Assembly (NCBI RefSeq): GCF_964204645.1
Contig: NC_134026.1
Coordinates: 20,618,150-20,682,149, forward strand
Direction of reading: 5' to 3'
DNA from: Tubulanus polymorphus
Lineage: Eukaryota; Animalia; Nemertea
Length of the DNA: 64,000 nucleotides
Below the pieces are notes generated by a model. The model was not told the origin of the DNA. It did not search any database and saw only the letters and a program-made list of their open reading frames with translations. This document shows, one piece after another, positions 50,789 to 64,000 of this stretch (position 1 is its first letter; every line of letters begins with the position of its first letter). A program made the position numbers and the translations under genes.

Positions 50789-52438
50789 TTTATTTCATCG
50801 TGCGCACGCTTCTTCGATAACGACACAGGTATACATTCCGGGAACAGTCATATCATACGCGCGCGGAAGATAGTCACCGCATTTCCAGGTTTAGTGTTCG
50901 GTACTTTTTCGTATACGACAAGTGAAATAGTCAGTCACGCGACGTTGTTAGAAGCAGCTCGAGGGTAAAACAAATTCAATCAAATCGTAAACGCTAAAGA
51001 TCCCAGAAAGACAATATAAGATTCCGCGGTGCACTGTATTCTAGTATTCTACTCAGTTCAGTAGCAGTTCAATTACAATATCGCAACTTTCTATATACGT
51101 ATTTTTCACATCGATGGTTTTTCGCCAGTCCCGTAATTCTGTCAACGGTAAATTACTTTCTATCACACATCACGCAAGCCTAAATCATAATAACCTGATA
51201 GAATGCAACTCGCTATTGATTCACCAGCGCAACCTTTGTCAACATCATTATTTCACAGTTTTTATGATCGCGGACATACAATTTCCAAAGTGTGATTTCC
51301 CCATAGTGCTATATACGCAAGGATGGGGTCCCTTACTGTTGAGATCCTCAATTTCTATAGGTAGATTTAAATCATAATATGTAGTTTCTCTGTCGGGTAG
51401 ATCGTTTAAAAATCTACCAAATACCGACTAGAATACTCGTCAAGAATTTGAGTTGACATTTTGCTAATCGTTAATGGGCAACACAAATATCCGACCAGAT
51501 GGAATGAGCAGCAGAGGTCGTCCGTTGTCAAAATTAGTCAACTTAAAATGAACTTTGAACTGAATTTTTAGACTACCGAATCCATATATCATAGGACCTA
51601 CGAAATATACAATGAACTCATTTTTCTACTCGGATATCGGTATGGTTTTCATTAATAATTGATTCATTTAAGAGAAAAACTCATTCAGATTTAATTGTTA
51701 TGTAGAAACAATCGAACGCGAGACCGACAATCTACTAGCGAACCTGGCAGATCCTCGCTTGCCATACGTGGATTGCCACAGTTGCGGTGCGGGTACCCCT
51801 TTTCAACGAAAAATAATGTGTTTTTATCAGCGAAATGTATATATATGAAAGTGATATTTCTTCACGTTAAGAAATCACGTTGAATTTTAGGTGGAAACCG
51901 ATTTTGCATGTCTAATATCGCTGGAAATTAATTAACTCCAGCCGCAGACATCGACAATCGATAAAACCCATTAATATATGGCTTATAGTTAATTATTAAT
52001 CCTCGACTTGTCATTAACGAGACGACATTATTTCCATTATCACGAATATGACCACCTAATAAGAACTTACTTTCTAAATCAGATTCCGTAATAATATAGA
52101 TCAGCCGAGGCCACGGAACGTGTCCAGTATTACATTAATTAAACCGTGTACCCTCAATCATTTTTAAAGTTCATGCTGTATAATGTTAGAACCCGTTTAT
52201 GTGACAAAAGGTCATTGGAGAACATAGTTCTGTGTTATTGGATGGACCGCGCTCTAAAACTTTCTTGTTTTAGAAGAGAAGACAATGGACACGTAAACTA
52301 GAAAAGAATGGATACTAGATCGACACAGCAGCCTCTACTTTAATCAATCATATTTGGATGGAAAAAGCTGTTTATATATTTTGTGTTCTATAGTTTTATA
52401 TCGTATAATGGCGCTGGCCTGTGATAGTATTGACGTCA

Positions 52439-52658
52439 CAGGGGGGATGTCGGATTCAGGAATTTGCAATTTGAAAGAGGGTGTGTGTTTCTGAGAAATA
52501 CCGAGAAATAACTGGAGGCGAGGCCGAACGTTTTGTGATATATAAATTTACAAAAATTTAGTGATATATAACATTAAGTGTATTGTTATTGAAAAGATGT
52601 TTAAGAATTAAAAAATGATTTTGAATTCGGTCAAAAAGGGTGAAAAATCGACCCCTGT
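52439..52658. mobile_element. Degenerate hAT-like MITE
   Basis: CAGGGG..CGGATTCAGGAATTT .. AAATCGACCCCTG. Confidence 0.4.
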
Positions 52659-55424
52659 CTCGAGTTATGTAGTATCTTGTCTCTCTTGATTCTATTCTAT
52701 GTTAAAACGTAGTTCCTTTATAATTGGTTACCCGGTAATGATTTCGCCAATTAGCGTTTCCAGGTAATTTTGGATGATATTGAGCAGTGACTATTTACGT
52801 CACCGCGTATACCACCACCCCGTGCTCAATAGGCGACGTTCGCTGAAATTAATAAATCGAGTCTTTTTAAATCGAAAATTGTGGAAATTGTTACCGCACG
52901 TAAATTTAAGAAAGAAGAAACGCATCGTGGTGTATTTCCCCATCCAGTATTTGAAAAGCTCGAAAAGATAATCGACAAAAAAGTTTTACGTGTCCAATAT
53001 ATACACAAAATTGTATTTTTACTAACGTGATCTACAGGCTTCATTAACTTCGTGTATAAGTCAGAGTGTAGAAAATAAGATTGACAGAATATCGAAGCTG
53101 CATCTTTTATCGTTGTCCACAGAAACTTTCAATTAATTTGGCCGGTTAGGTTCCGCTCAGTAAAACAATTACTGCGGCGTTAAAAAATCGAGTAGTAAGA
53201 TTGTGCATTCAAGCAAGAAGTAATGGACATATCAATTGCTTGATTCTCATAGATGAGATTTCCTTCTTTTGGATGCTTTTTACCGTTCTCATTTATCTTA
53301 AATAATAGCTGAGATATGATGGTTTGAAAAGATGGTATACCGTTCGGCAAAATCTAACTTTTTTGTTCAGTGTATATGTATCTAGGTAGCCGCGATAAAT
53401 TAACTTTCGATCTCAACGCAAGCGACGCCCATCCACGTGAATCATAGTTATTTTACTGTCACTACTCAGTTTCTTCTTCGAGAAAGAGCGAACGAAATTC
53501 GCCTCGAGTCACAGTATGATGTCGTTTGCGCGGTCAATCGATAAAACCATGCTCCAGTAAATTGAGTCACTTGAAGTACCGTATGTCCAACACGCAAAAC
53601 GTCCTCTGATTTGTGTTATCAGCGTCCGGTGTATCGTCATTTTCGTGTAAAAAAACGATGAAATGTCATCATCGTCACCGCCGTCGTCATTTACTGCTTC
53701 GTAATCACCGATCTTTCATGGCTGTCGTTCTGGAAATAATGACAAAGCGTCATTCCCGTCTCTCACACCCATAACCCAGCGAATCAACTATAACGATGAC
53801 ATTGCAAACTGATTAGGTATACGGACCCCCGGCGCATGCACACTACGTTATCTAGACCGTCTTGGTATTTAGACGGACCGAGCGTTCGCTCTTGAAAAGC
53901 CCGTTCCAAAATTGGTCCGTTCCATTTTAGGCCAGTCGAATTCGAACCAACCTAAAACACCGTCCTGTGTTTGTCGACAAAAAAGCTGGTTCCAGGTCCT
54001 TTCTAAATCGTACTGCCATATGAATTCAATCGTAAAGTACGCGTCGCCAATTGGTCATTAAGCTGATTAGTATTAGCATGTATTGCTCGCGGAGTATATA
54101 TTTGGTCCGTTCCAAATCTGGCCCATTCCAGATACGGACCCATTTGGACTGCTCTGACTAGTGGTAGTGCGAACGCGGCTTTACATGAGGATCATAGTTC
54201 CGAGATTGAGAGAGAAATACTTACGTACGTCTTACGAAATCTAATTATGAAAAGTAAATTAATTGTATTGGATTTAGTAGATATTATTATGACATTACAC
54301 TTGAGGCTTGCAAAACCATGCAACATTGATCCGTTGCATTCATATTCTCATCAGCTCGTAACCTCTGCGATCTCAGTGAAGCCGGTCCATTGCGCGTCTT
54401 GAATAATTTTGAATTCGCATTCTTGTTGAAGATAATTTTCCATCAACTATTACACTGTTTCACTGACTTTCTACTCCAACACAAACACCCTGATTTAATA
54501 CGGACAAGCTTCAATTGATTCTCAAATGTTCGCTTCAAGCTTAGACGTGCGTGGTTAGCAACCCAGCTTTCTCACAGCGCCGGATTCCCAAACTTACAAA
54601 AATTTCCCGTCCTTTCGAATTCTCCCAAAAAGGCATACGGATATCAGTTTTAGATTGCAGAAAAAAACAATCAAATACGCAACAATTCCCCTACAAACAA
54701 TCAATTAAAAGATTGGAAATCCTAAATTGTGAAGACATCACAAGAACTGGCCAAAATTGGCTACAAATAGTGTTATTTGTATTTCTATATTTCTATATAT
54801 TTGTAACATTGTACATTGTCATCATCCATTTCGTAACCCATTTCCGTACAGAAAAACAGCCTACGTGCTCTGAACGAGTCCTTCAACATTTTGTAAAAGA
54901 TATTATATGTAAAATCCTGTTCAGCGTAATTAAAAATCAATCGACCAATCTTATTCCATCCGAAGATAGCAATCGATAGTAAACGGCGTCGCTGCTGTCG
55001 TTCATAGCAATAGCGATGTCGACACATTCCTGGCACCAGTTTTCTTCATCGATCCTTTGCATTCAAATCGAAAGAGAAGCAAACGTCCCTGGCCGCGGTA
55101 ATCTTCAGTAATCTCTGTTCGCTGATTGTAGCGCGTAGTTCGTTAGGTTATCGGTGCTGATTTTTCCGATTTATCCGAATGTTGCGTTTTATCGACGATC
55201 TATATAACTGGACAATAATCTTGCCCCGTATGTCTATTGCGCGGTTGCATGGCGTCCATATTTTCAGTCGATTAGTCCGCCCTTTATATATTGCGGTATA
55301 CCGTTTTTATCCGATTACCTGCCGATCTATATACAAACACTGACGTTAGCGTTTTCTGTAGTCGGGTGATATATGCGTTGTTTGAAACTGCAATTCATAA
55401 TCACGAAATCCACACGGTTTTTTG

Positions 55425-55710
55425 GCGCCGTTAAAACTGTTACAATAATTTTCATATACATTGATACCTTGCGTCATCTCAGGGGTTCTGAGTGAGTCGA
55501 TGTGTATTACGTCATCAATTTTGGCGTTTCAAAATAACAATTACAATTGTGAATTTTGACGTTTATTTTGTAATCAAATATATTTCAGATTGAAAAATTT
55601 AGAATATTACAATAGTCATTTTTGAGAGGATGTGCAGTACGTCATCAGTATATCGGGATTAGACTGGTTGCCGGTCAATTCAATTATCGATATTCAAATT
55701 AAAAAACTTA
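55425..55710 (+). repeat. Family B repeat
   Basis: Colinear match to 35766-36066. Confidence 0.85.
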
Positions 55711-57409
55711 TAATCTACAATACCAAGCGATATATGTGATATTTTCCAAGGCGTCAATAAACTTTCAAGTTTGTTTTCTTGTTTCGTTCTCTGGTCATAC
55801 CGAACCGCTTAAACGTTGTGGTTTTGATTCCAAAGAACTTTCGAAATTATTTCTTTTAAGATTTCTTCCCATTGCGCGTGACATAATTTATCCACTGTTA
55901 AGCCTTTCAGTCACTTTTGGCCGCGCGCTTTCGAAATTAATCCGCTTTTTCCAAGCCAACTGATTGTCGAATAAGGAATTTTTATTAAGGAAGTTGCTGT
56001 GGGGCGTTTGAATATGATACGCCGACTTGTCTCAATAAGGAAGTCACTTTCTATGCGCAGAATAGCCCGGGGCCTTCTTTGCTTTTTCATCGAATGTAGA
56101 AACGTATGTACTAATCGCGACTAGATTCATCTGACCGAGTTGAAAAAGAATCTTTATTCTATTTCCTTTACGTATTCGGTATTTCACCATTACGATCAAG
56201 ATTATCTAATCGCTTCTTAGCCCTTTACGCGGTATAATATCTTTTCGATAAATCCGTGTGCCCGAAAAGCCACCGCGCTTATTTCGCTTCAAACGGTATC
56301 AAATGTCAGTTGATGGGAAACATCGCCGTCGAATAAAAGAATTAAGCTTTCTTCTGTAAAGGAGAAAGTTTGTCTGTTATAGAAACACGACGATCTTATG
56401 TTTCTGTGCACATCAAAACGACAGAAATTCTGGCGTGGTTTTAATGACGCGTCTTAAGAAACGCTTAGAAAATCAAAATTGATTTTTAAGCACAGCGAAT
56501 TTTCATTTTGAGATGTTTCTCACAAAGTATACCAAACCTTTTTTACCGTTCTTAAATTCTACACTAAAATGAAATTTTGTGGAACCGAGCTATTCGGTTG
56601 GAGGAGGATAGCCCTTCAGAATAGAATTAAACACCCATGGCCTCGAAACTTTCACCCTGTGGCATATGACGGGACCCAAACAGTCTGGGTTCACGATATC
56701 TTGCAATTCAACTCGAAAATACCAGTTAATATGCTTATCTCCAAAACAGGTCCAAGAACTTTGATGCTAGCCAATCTGAGAATTTGCGAAACTGACTTGT
56801 GAAGAAATGGCTCAGGCGTTTCGAAACACACGTATTGCAGAACTCCAGGAAACACACAGGCAACCGATTATATGATGTTTTTTGCTCTCATATCAGCTTC
56901 ATAAGCTGCGAGTGAATGTAGGAGAGCTTTCCCTTTATCACAAAGTAAAATGATTTAGCAGTCAGAAGAAGCCTCTCATAGCGTAGCCCTTCTATCTGAC
57001 ACTAACGGGCAACTCCTACATGATAATATAGATGCTATGATTTTTTCTGCGTTAGAGTTATCTGTGTATAAGTAAGCTTTTTATTGCTATGTCTATCTCG
57101 CAATGTATAAGATGCAGTACCTGAAGGTACCAGAAGGAGGATTTCCGCACCACCATACATTCAGTAAGTTCAGGTTTATTTCATATCAATATTGGAAACT
57201 ATATTGTTTTCGGTCGCATTTGTGATATTATCAATTTCTACCAATTCTTGGTAACTTAATAAATTGAAAACTTGGTAACTTGAAACGTGCTACGTAGGCA
57301 AGATGATGTTTATAGTTCGTATGGATCACGAGGACAGCGTTCCTAAGGGGTTGCTTTAACTTAACCTTCTTGTTGTCCTCCTGATCAGACGGCAGGTTCC
57401 AGCCATTTA

Positions 57410-57545
57410 AGCCGCGATCACGCGGGCGATTTTGGCCCGGGCCAAATTGGGCATGGAACAGCTGTTCACACGGGTGCCAAATGAAACCATGCCTGTTTGG
57501 CGCGGACCATATTTGCCACGACCAAAAACGTCGGGCCAGGAGCAC
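57410..57545. mobile_element. Partial relative of the 17483-17730 MITE
   Basis: AGCCGCGATCACGCGGGCGATTTTGGCCCGGGCCAAATTGGGCA..CACACGGGTGCCAAA. Confidence 0.6.
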
Positions 57546-57559
57546 AGGTCAAACCGAAC

Positions 57560-57668
57560 TTAAACCGAAAAGTATATATGGAGGTCCGATCCATCTTATA
57601 GCGAAATCGTTACTTCGCTCTAAAATAGATTAAGACCTCCAACCATACTTTTATACTTTCCGGTTTAA
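57560..57668. mobile_element. Small palindromic element flanked by TTAA
   Basis: TTAAACCGAAAAGTATA..GGAGGTC..AGCGAA / TTCGCT..GACCTCC..TATACTTTCCGGTTTAA. Confidence 0.6.
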
Positions 57669-58097
57669 TTTTAACACGGAGTATCAACTTGTTAAAGCAG
57701 TGAGCGCAGTTGCCCTGTCACTGCGGCTGGCTTACTAATGGCTCAGGTGGTCGACCTGATTCAATACGGCAAGCAAATCATAACGAGTGATGCGCTGCCA
57801 ATTTCTCTCGGTATCGGCAAAACAATTTGCATGACAAATCCATCCGCGGATCGTTCTCAAATTGTAGCGTATAGGGGACAATTTCATAGAGCATATTTCA
57901 ACTACATCTGCTGCCGATCTCCCCGTGTTTCGACGACGTGAGAGAGTTATTATTCTTTGTCACGAGATCATCAACGAAGACTTCGCGCTATACCATCAAA
58001 TCGTGCTTGTACGACAGGTAACTAACAATGCACTTGAAGAAATTAGATTGTGTATGGGAACTTTTTCTATATACGTTTTCTGAATAAAACGTTCACG

Positions 58098-58157
<60 letters not shown>
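58098..58157. repeat. (CAT)n microsatellite, followed by a duplicated CCATCTCCACAATCACTTT(A/C)TCCAGCATCA
   Basis: About 20 CAT units directly visible. Confidence 0.95.
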
Positions 58158-58286
58158 CTGCCATCTCCACAATCACTTTATCCAGCATCAATACTGTCAT
58201 CGTAGCCGTCCCCACCATCTTCTCCATCTCCACAATCACTTTCTCCAGCATCATCATTATCATCTCTGTCTATATGGTATATGACA

Positions 58287-58497
58287 TTAGGCTAACGAAA
58301 ATTGATACCTTGTTTCTCATTTCTGTTGAGCTTAAAAGTTGACCCGCTCCGCAGCCGCCTACATCCTGATGAACATGGCTTTTCTTTCGAATCGTAATCA
58401 GGCTGACCATAACCGACCAGGCAGCCATAGATAGCGAAGTGCGGTTTACAAAATGACCAGGCCGATTATGAGAAACAAGGCACGTTTTTTTGCCTTA
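58287..58497. mobile_element. MITE (family C)
   Basis: TTAGGCTAACGAAAATTGATACCTTGTTTCTCAT / ATGAGAAACAAGGCACGTTTTTTTGCCTTA. Confidence 0.65.
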
Positions 58498-61400
58498 TAT
58501 GATTTAGCTCTGTCGCATGCTTTTCTGATCGTCTGCACCGACAGGAAGAAGAGCTGAGCAAATACACAGGGTTTTATGCTCGACTGAGCATCGTTTGATG
58601 ACATTGTCTGCGATGAGTTTTTTAGATTAACATCTCTGCTTTCGCTTTCTTCGGCTCTTCTTTTCTCGCGCGTCTTACACTCTCTCCTGGGCTGTCAAGT
58701 CTGAATCCGGTATGATAATCCGACAAACATATCCCGACCACTCGCACAAATACTAAACCGAGATTGCTAGATTATTTGACGACCCTGGGTCGAAACTAAT
58801 CCGACAATTCAACTGGGTATTCTCCCTCGACAAGCGCATCACTGTAATTTACACGCGGCGGTTTACGTTCGAACTGATGCGTGCGTGTTATACATAAACA
58901 AATTCTAAGATAGGATAAATACGAACGAGTACGATAGCGGTACAAACGATGATTTTGATTGGGAGAAATATTTGGAAAAACTATGCACGATGCTTGCATC
59001 GTTGTAGTATCAGGTGAAGAGCGATTATAGATTGTCACCGTAGCATCACGCGTTTCTTACCCGACGGAAAGCGTCTGGTCGATGACGCAGTCTGGTTCGA
59101 AACCCACCGTCACGCTGACGCTGGCGCGAAACCTAGTTCCAATGCGCTAGTTTATCTTAATTAGAAAATAAGTGCTTAAGTTGCATTAATGAATCGGCTT
59201 TTGGGTACAATATAACACCAAAGATTGTTAATAACTACTACGATGGATGAATTGTAGTGGCCGAAGTGGTTACCAGCGGTGTGTCTGCGAAGAACAACTT
59301 ATTCCGAGTAGCAAACAAGTATCATCTGTCGGATCTCGGTGAAACAGGATCGATACATGCGCCCGTTCATTGCGTTGGAATTACTTTGAATTCTATAAAC
59401 AGTCTATTTGGATTGGTGATAACGTTAAGAATCTTTGAAACAGTTCCTCTCGGTACCGACTCATTCGGTCGCGACTGCGAATGACTGTAAACGTAAATAG
59501 TCTGTTTAATTAAACGAACATAAACTTTTCAAGACGATGTCAGTGTACCGCACGAAACGGCACAGCTGTATTCCGATAACCTCCTTGATGACTTGAATTA
59601 ACAGTTAATTCTACTGATAAGGACGAGCAGCACTCGAGTGACACTCGCTCGCCGATAAGGTACCGAAGAAATTTCCGGTAATTCTTCGATACGTTAAATC
59701 GCGCCGAAAGAATGAAGGATATTCGCGTGCCATTCCGCTACCGCCTAAGCCTATACACATTGGGACGTGTATATTCACCAAGAGATGAGGTTACAATATC
59801 GTACGTGGCAGATGCGAAGACAGGCGGCTGAAAAATCGAGAGCGTCGAATGAAAATGCGCTACGTGCCTTATATAAAACGGGCAAAAGGTTTCATAGCGA
59901 CATCGTATTGTTTACGAAAACAGACGAACTAATAAACGACGTTGAAATTTTGCATCTCTCGTTAAAGAATTATTCGGGCTATTGTACCGAAAATAATTCC
60001 GTTTCATCGGAAAACGGATACGCGCGATACGCGTTGCTGACGATCGGAATATTACTTCGCTGTTTATTAGCAGTATATCGCGTGATTTTTCGATACAATA
60101 CTTGATCGAGGTAGATGGTGAAGTGTATAGTTGTGCATGTTCGAGCAACGGGTAGTTTTTGCACCGCAATGTACTAACTGGTTGCCATCGGAATAAGTCT
60201 TCCGGAATAATTCGGTGATAAATACTTCGTTGAAATCAGACGAAGCACACCTGTAGTGCGCAAATTAATCAGAGCAGGTGTATTATCTCAAATTACAACC
60301 GTCTAAACGAGCTCATCGACGGCTCATTTTACTTTTGTTTAATTTTTTTAATCAAAACACGCGCTCGCCGCGCTTGGCTAATTCGATCCGCTGATCACGT
60401 GGCGGTAATTGCTTAGTAACGGATTATCGATCGACGACGCGTTAACCAATCACATCATCGCGCCGACTTGCAGGGCTTGCAGAGTGAATTAGCGGTGATT
60501 TGCCTCGGATTTAAACGTTCTTAATCTGGGGAATACGCGCTTGCTCCTTTTGAAATGCGGTTAGCTACAGTTGAACGCTGCGGCATTTCATCCAAATCTC
60601 GGTAAAGCGTCAATTATATATTTCGAAGAATTCCCCGCGAAAAGGAATTATCATAGAATAAACACAGATTTTTGTTGGACGGTGATCGGGAGCTCGATTG
60701 ATATAGCGCGAATGCATGGAACGACTACATCCTGCGTGGTTTTCGTAACGGATAGCACAAACATTGAGAAAAACTCGTTTTAGGTGCCAATTTTGTTCTA
60801 ATCTGCCGCGGTCGAAATGATAGATCATCTGTTTCTGTGGTAAAAGAAGTTCAATCGATTTTCATCTCGACAATGTGGAGAAAAACGGACCGCGATTCCG
60901 ACGACAGGGAAAGTTTATTAAAACACATCGGATGTAAGTCTTTACGGTTGTTTTTTTTAGATACGAATTAAGATCAGCGTTCAGTTTATGCAGGTGTTTC
61001 TTTGACTATGAACCTGTTAATATAATCTGCTCAAAAAGTCAAAACTAATTTCATGTGAAGATGGCACAATCTCTATCATAATCTAGGCCGGTTGTAGGAT
61101 TGCCTTCGTTTCGTTTCGTGTCGTATCATATCATTCTTGCAATCCAAAGGGGAAGTTTTTAAAAGCCATAACTAGGTTGTTGCCTCGGTGTTTTGCTTTT
61201 TTCGTCGTTCGTACGACGGCACCAAATCTGTAAGGTACACGCATGCAGACGAAAACGAATCTTAAGCTGTTAACTTTCAATAGCAATCGATACTAACGAA
61301 AGCCTTTCGTTAACGAGGTGCCTCTGTGAGTGTTTTTCTGTTCTGACTTTCTCTATACTCGTCTTCTTCTCTGCATTTGTCTATACTGCTGCGTGTTCGT

Positions 61401-62616
61401 GACATTTCTAGATCACTTGTACCGATTCAGTCGTCGAACCCCTCGACTCGTTCTCTGCCTTTCATCGCCGTCTGCGTTCAGTTGCTCGATCGATACGGTC
61501 TTAACTCAATCAAAGCACCCGGTAATTTATTTATACCTAAAACGTATCCCTTTCGTCGTGCGACCGTCGTAAAAAGATATCGGGGCGAAAATGTGTAAAT
61601 TGTTCGATGACAATCATTTTCTATCGGTTCATCATTTTGTTACATCAAGTCACATCAATTTGTATACAGCTTCCATTGCGCGACAGCCGACAACTTACTT
61701 TTTTACATTTTCCATTTGTTCAATATAGGAACAACAGGAAACCGAGTCAGTTCGATCGTGGGCTATAAATACGTCCAATCCCGTGGCACTTCTTTCACGT
61801 TTTACCATCGACTATTATCCGTGGAATTAATTTTTCAACCTTTAATTAATGAATCACCGATAAAATGCACGAATAGATAGAACTGTCATCGTGCAATCCA
61901 TTAATAGCTCTTTCGACTTCTTTCGACTTCCTTCTCGGCGACCCTGGCTTGACGGGTTAAGTGCATCGGAGCTTTCCTCCCGATCGGCGAGGTAGTAATC
62001 TGATCGAAACACGCAAAACACCACACGACGAGCGCGATTTCTTAATTATGAATCATATTTATGAAACATGAAACGCCTTTTACTCGCAAACCAGCGTTCA
62101 AATTGGAACGAAATCACGGGACCGAATATGAGTTGTAACCTTCCTATATGTCGTGACAAGATAAACATCTTTGTTGCCGATGTTTACACGTTTCTCTTCT
62201 CAATTAAGCGTGTCTAATTAAGTCAGCCCACCGTAAAAGCATCGCGTGTTTTCAGGTTTGAACACGGTGCGGCATCTTTTGACCTGTTTCGTTAGTAAAG
62301 TGTAAGGCATCAATTATAAAACACGATCGTACATTTACTAACAAGATGTGCTTGTTTGTCACGTCATTATTCCCCTTTTCTGGGCGAAAGTTGTTTCGAT
62401 AATTTTGGCTTATACCGCGCCTGTTCAAAGGATTTTGTTGTTTAATTAATATCATTGACTCCCGTTTTAAAGTAGAAACATTAAGTCTGGTGTTTTTATT
62501 TCGAAAACATCCTTGAATGCCTGTTTCATTGTTAACTTAAAATATATTTCAGTAAAGCAGTATTGACTTAGGCCCCATAACTCGGAGATTGACAAATCTG
62601 ACATAATGATATAGAT

Positions 62617-62818
62617 AAGGCTAAAACAAATGGTACCTTGTTACTGCTGATCGGCGGGGTCATTTTGTAAATCGCTATTAAATTTGTGATCTGTTCATTT
62701 CTATAGCTGCCGGGTCTGTTATGGTTAATGATGATTTTTTTTTAGTAATCTACGGTGCAGATAGACTAACTAACCTTAGCAGAAATTAGAAACAAGGTAC
62801 CAATTTCTTTTAGCCCAA
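62617..62818. mobile_element. MITE (family C)
   Basis: GGCTAAAACAAATGGTACCTTGTT / AACAAGGTACCAATTTCTTTTAGCC. Confidence 0.7.
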
Positions 62819-63808
62819 GCCACGTTATGCCTTTAGATTTGATTCAAATCAATGTAACTGATAATTATTGTTGTTGAACCAACATAAAACGTCACCCGTC
62901 TTCTAATAAGCTGTACTCGAATTGATTTGGATTTCTCTGATAGGTTTAGAAATTTGTAGGATGAGATGAAAGACTGACACTTCAACACAATGTTCAACCC
63001 ACACATTACCCCAGTCCTTGTCTCATACTGCCGATTCGTGAAGTGACCTCTTATTTTATTGAAGACGTGTTTATTTGATTGATGATGGTAGAAATCATTA
63101 TCAAATCACGAACTTTCTATCATGTATACTAGCTCAATTATTTATATGATGTAGTAAATAAGATATTCTCTGGACACCTTGGAAATTTTCTATGAGCTGA
63201 TGGTAAGGCTATAAGTCTCTCTCTCACTCAAGACAAATCTCAAGTGATAAGCTTTTTTCTCCACTTAATGCCGATAGACGATAGTACTGTATATAAAGAA
63301 GTCGCGATTTTGTTCGCCCGAGGCAGGTCATTATCAACGCCTCGACGTGCTGACAGAAGTAAACTATCCGGCGTATGCACACAAACTTTATCCGAATCAG
63401 AAATATAATTGCTTTCTGTCAGGTTATACCAACCAGCCGGAACAGGTGAAGTTGCGCGAGCTACACTGTCTGCCGCTCTCATTGTCGGTACACCGGAGGA
63501 TGGTCGGGGGCGCGGGCGTTTTGACGAACGAATTATCCGGTAATTTCAGCTCGTATATGAATGTCGTTTAATAATGCTATCTAAAATCTTTAGTCATATG
63601 TCGCCCGAGGTCGATTTTCCGCGAACCAATTTTTTGCTCAGTGCATATAGTTCTTTTCTCGTGGATGCCAGCGTTGTGGAATGTCAACTGAGCACTTTCC
63701 AAAGAGCGGCTGAAAAACGTTTGAAAGAAAGCGGGGTGTAGTCAATGGTTCATGGATTCCCTAATCCTGGTAAAGGCCATCCGACTTTCTTGGTCGAATA
63801 TCCTTCTC

Positions 63809-63955
63809 CATCCTCCCTCGGCAGGGATTCGAACCTGATGATATCAGCTATACTCAGCCCCGGCACGAAACCCTGCCACACTAGACCGGGTGCGCGGGTA
63901 CATTCGCAGGTTTGCCACAAAGCCTGCGGCACGAATCAGATTGCTTGTTGCATAT
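63809..63955 (+). mobile_element. Family A MITE, left half
   Basis: CATCCTCCCTCGGCAGGGATTCGAACCTGATG..CCCTGCCACACTAGACCGGGTGCGC. Confidence 0.8.
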
Positions 63956-64000
63956 ATTGCTTATGCAAATTTCACAAACTCAGATTCAAATCTTTATTCA

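Noticed and set aside
54551-54979. 142-aa ORF with a hydrophobic stretch
   Set aside because: The hydrophobicity comes from low-complexity AT-rich DNA; GTG start; no homology recognised.
58098-58262. Poly-His or poly-Asp/Met coding repeat
   Set aside because: Simple (CAT)n microsatellite without an ORF or splice context.

Overview
This is eukaryotic, AT-rich, intron-containing genomic DNA. The repeat landscape suggests an invertebrate animal (inference). It has no prokaryotic operons, CRISPR arrays, rRNA or intact tRNA, and almost all ORFs in the supplied track look spurious. The one well-supported protein gene is a 3-exon, 176-aa calmodulin-like EF-hand Ca2+-binding protein on the + strand (4152-4355, 5335-5408, 6637-6889), with a TATA box and poly(A) signal. 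Just upstream (1787-2316) is a frameshifted paralogous pseudogene lacking exon 2. The rest of the window looks like long intronic or intergenic sequence. It holds one convincing 39-nt + strand micro-exon (45295-45333) and a few weaker exon candidates, possibly from one large gene. It is dense in MITE-type elements: a Mutator-like family with 9-bp TSDs and tRNA B-box-like arms (4 copies), a compound element with an 8-bp TSD, a foldback element and Harbinger-like MITEs. The most striking hidden signal is about 14 minimal hammerhead-ribozyme-like motifs (CTGANGA-N-helix II-GAAA-short helix III-TH) of the Penelope-like-element type. They fall into about four sequence families, arranged as inverted pairs, solo copies, and one tandem-plus-inverted array inside intron 1 of the EF-hand gene.
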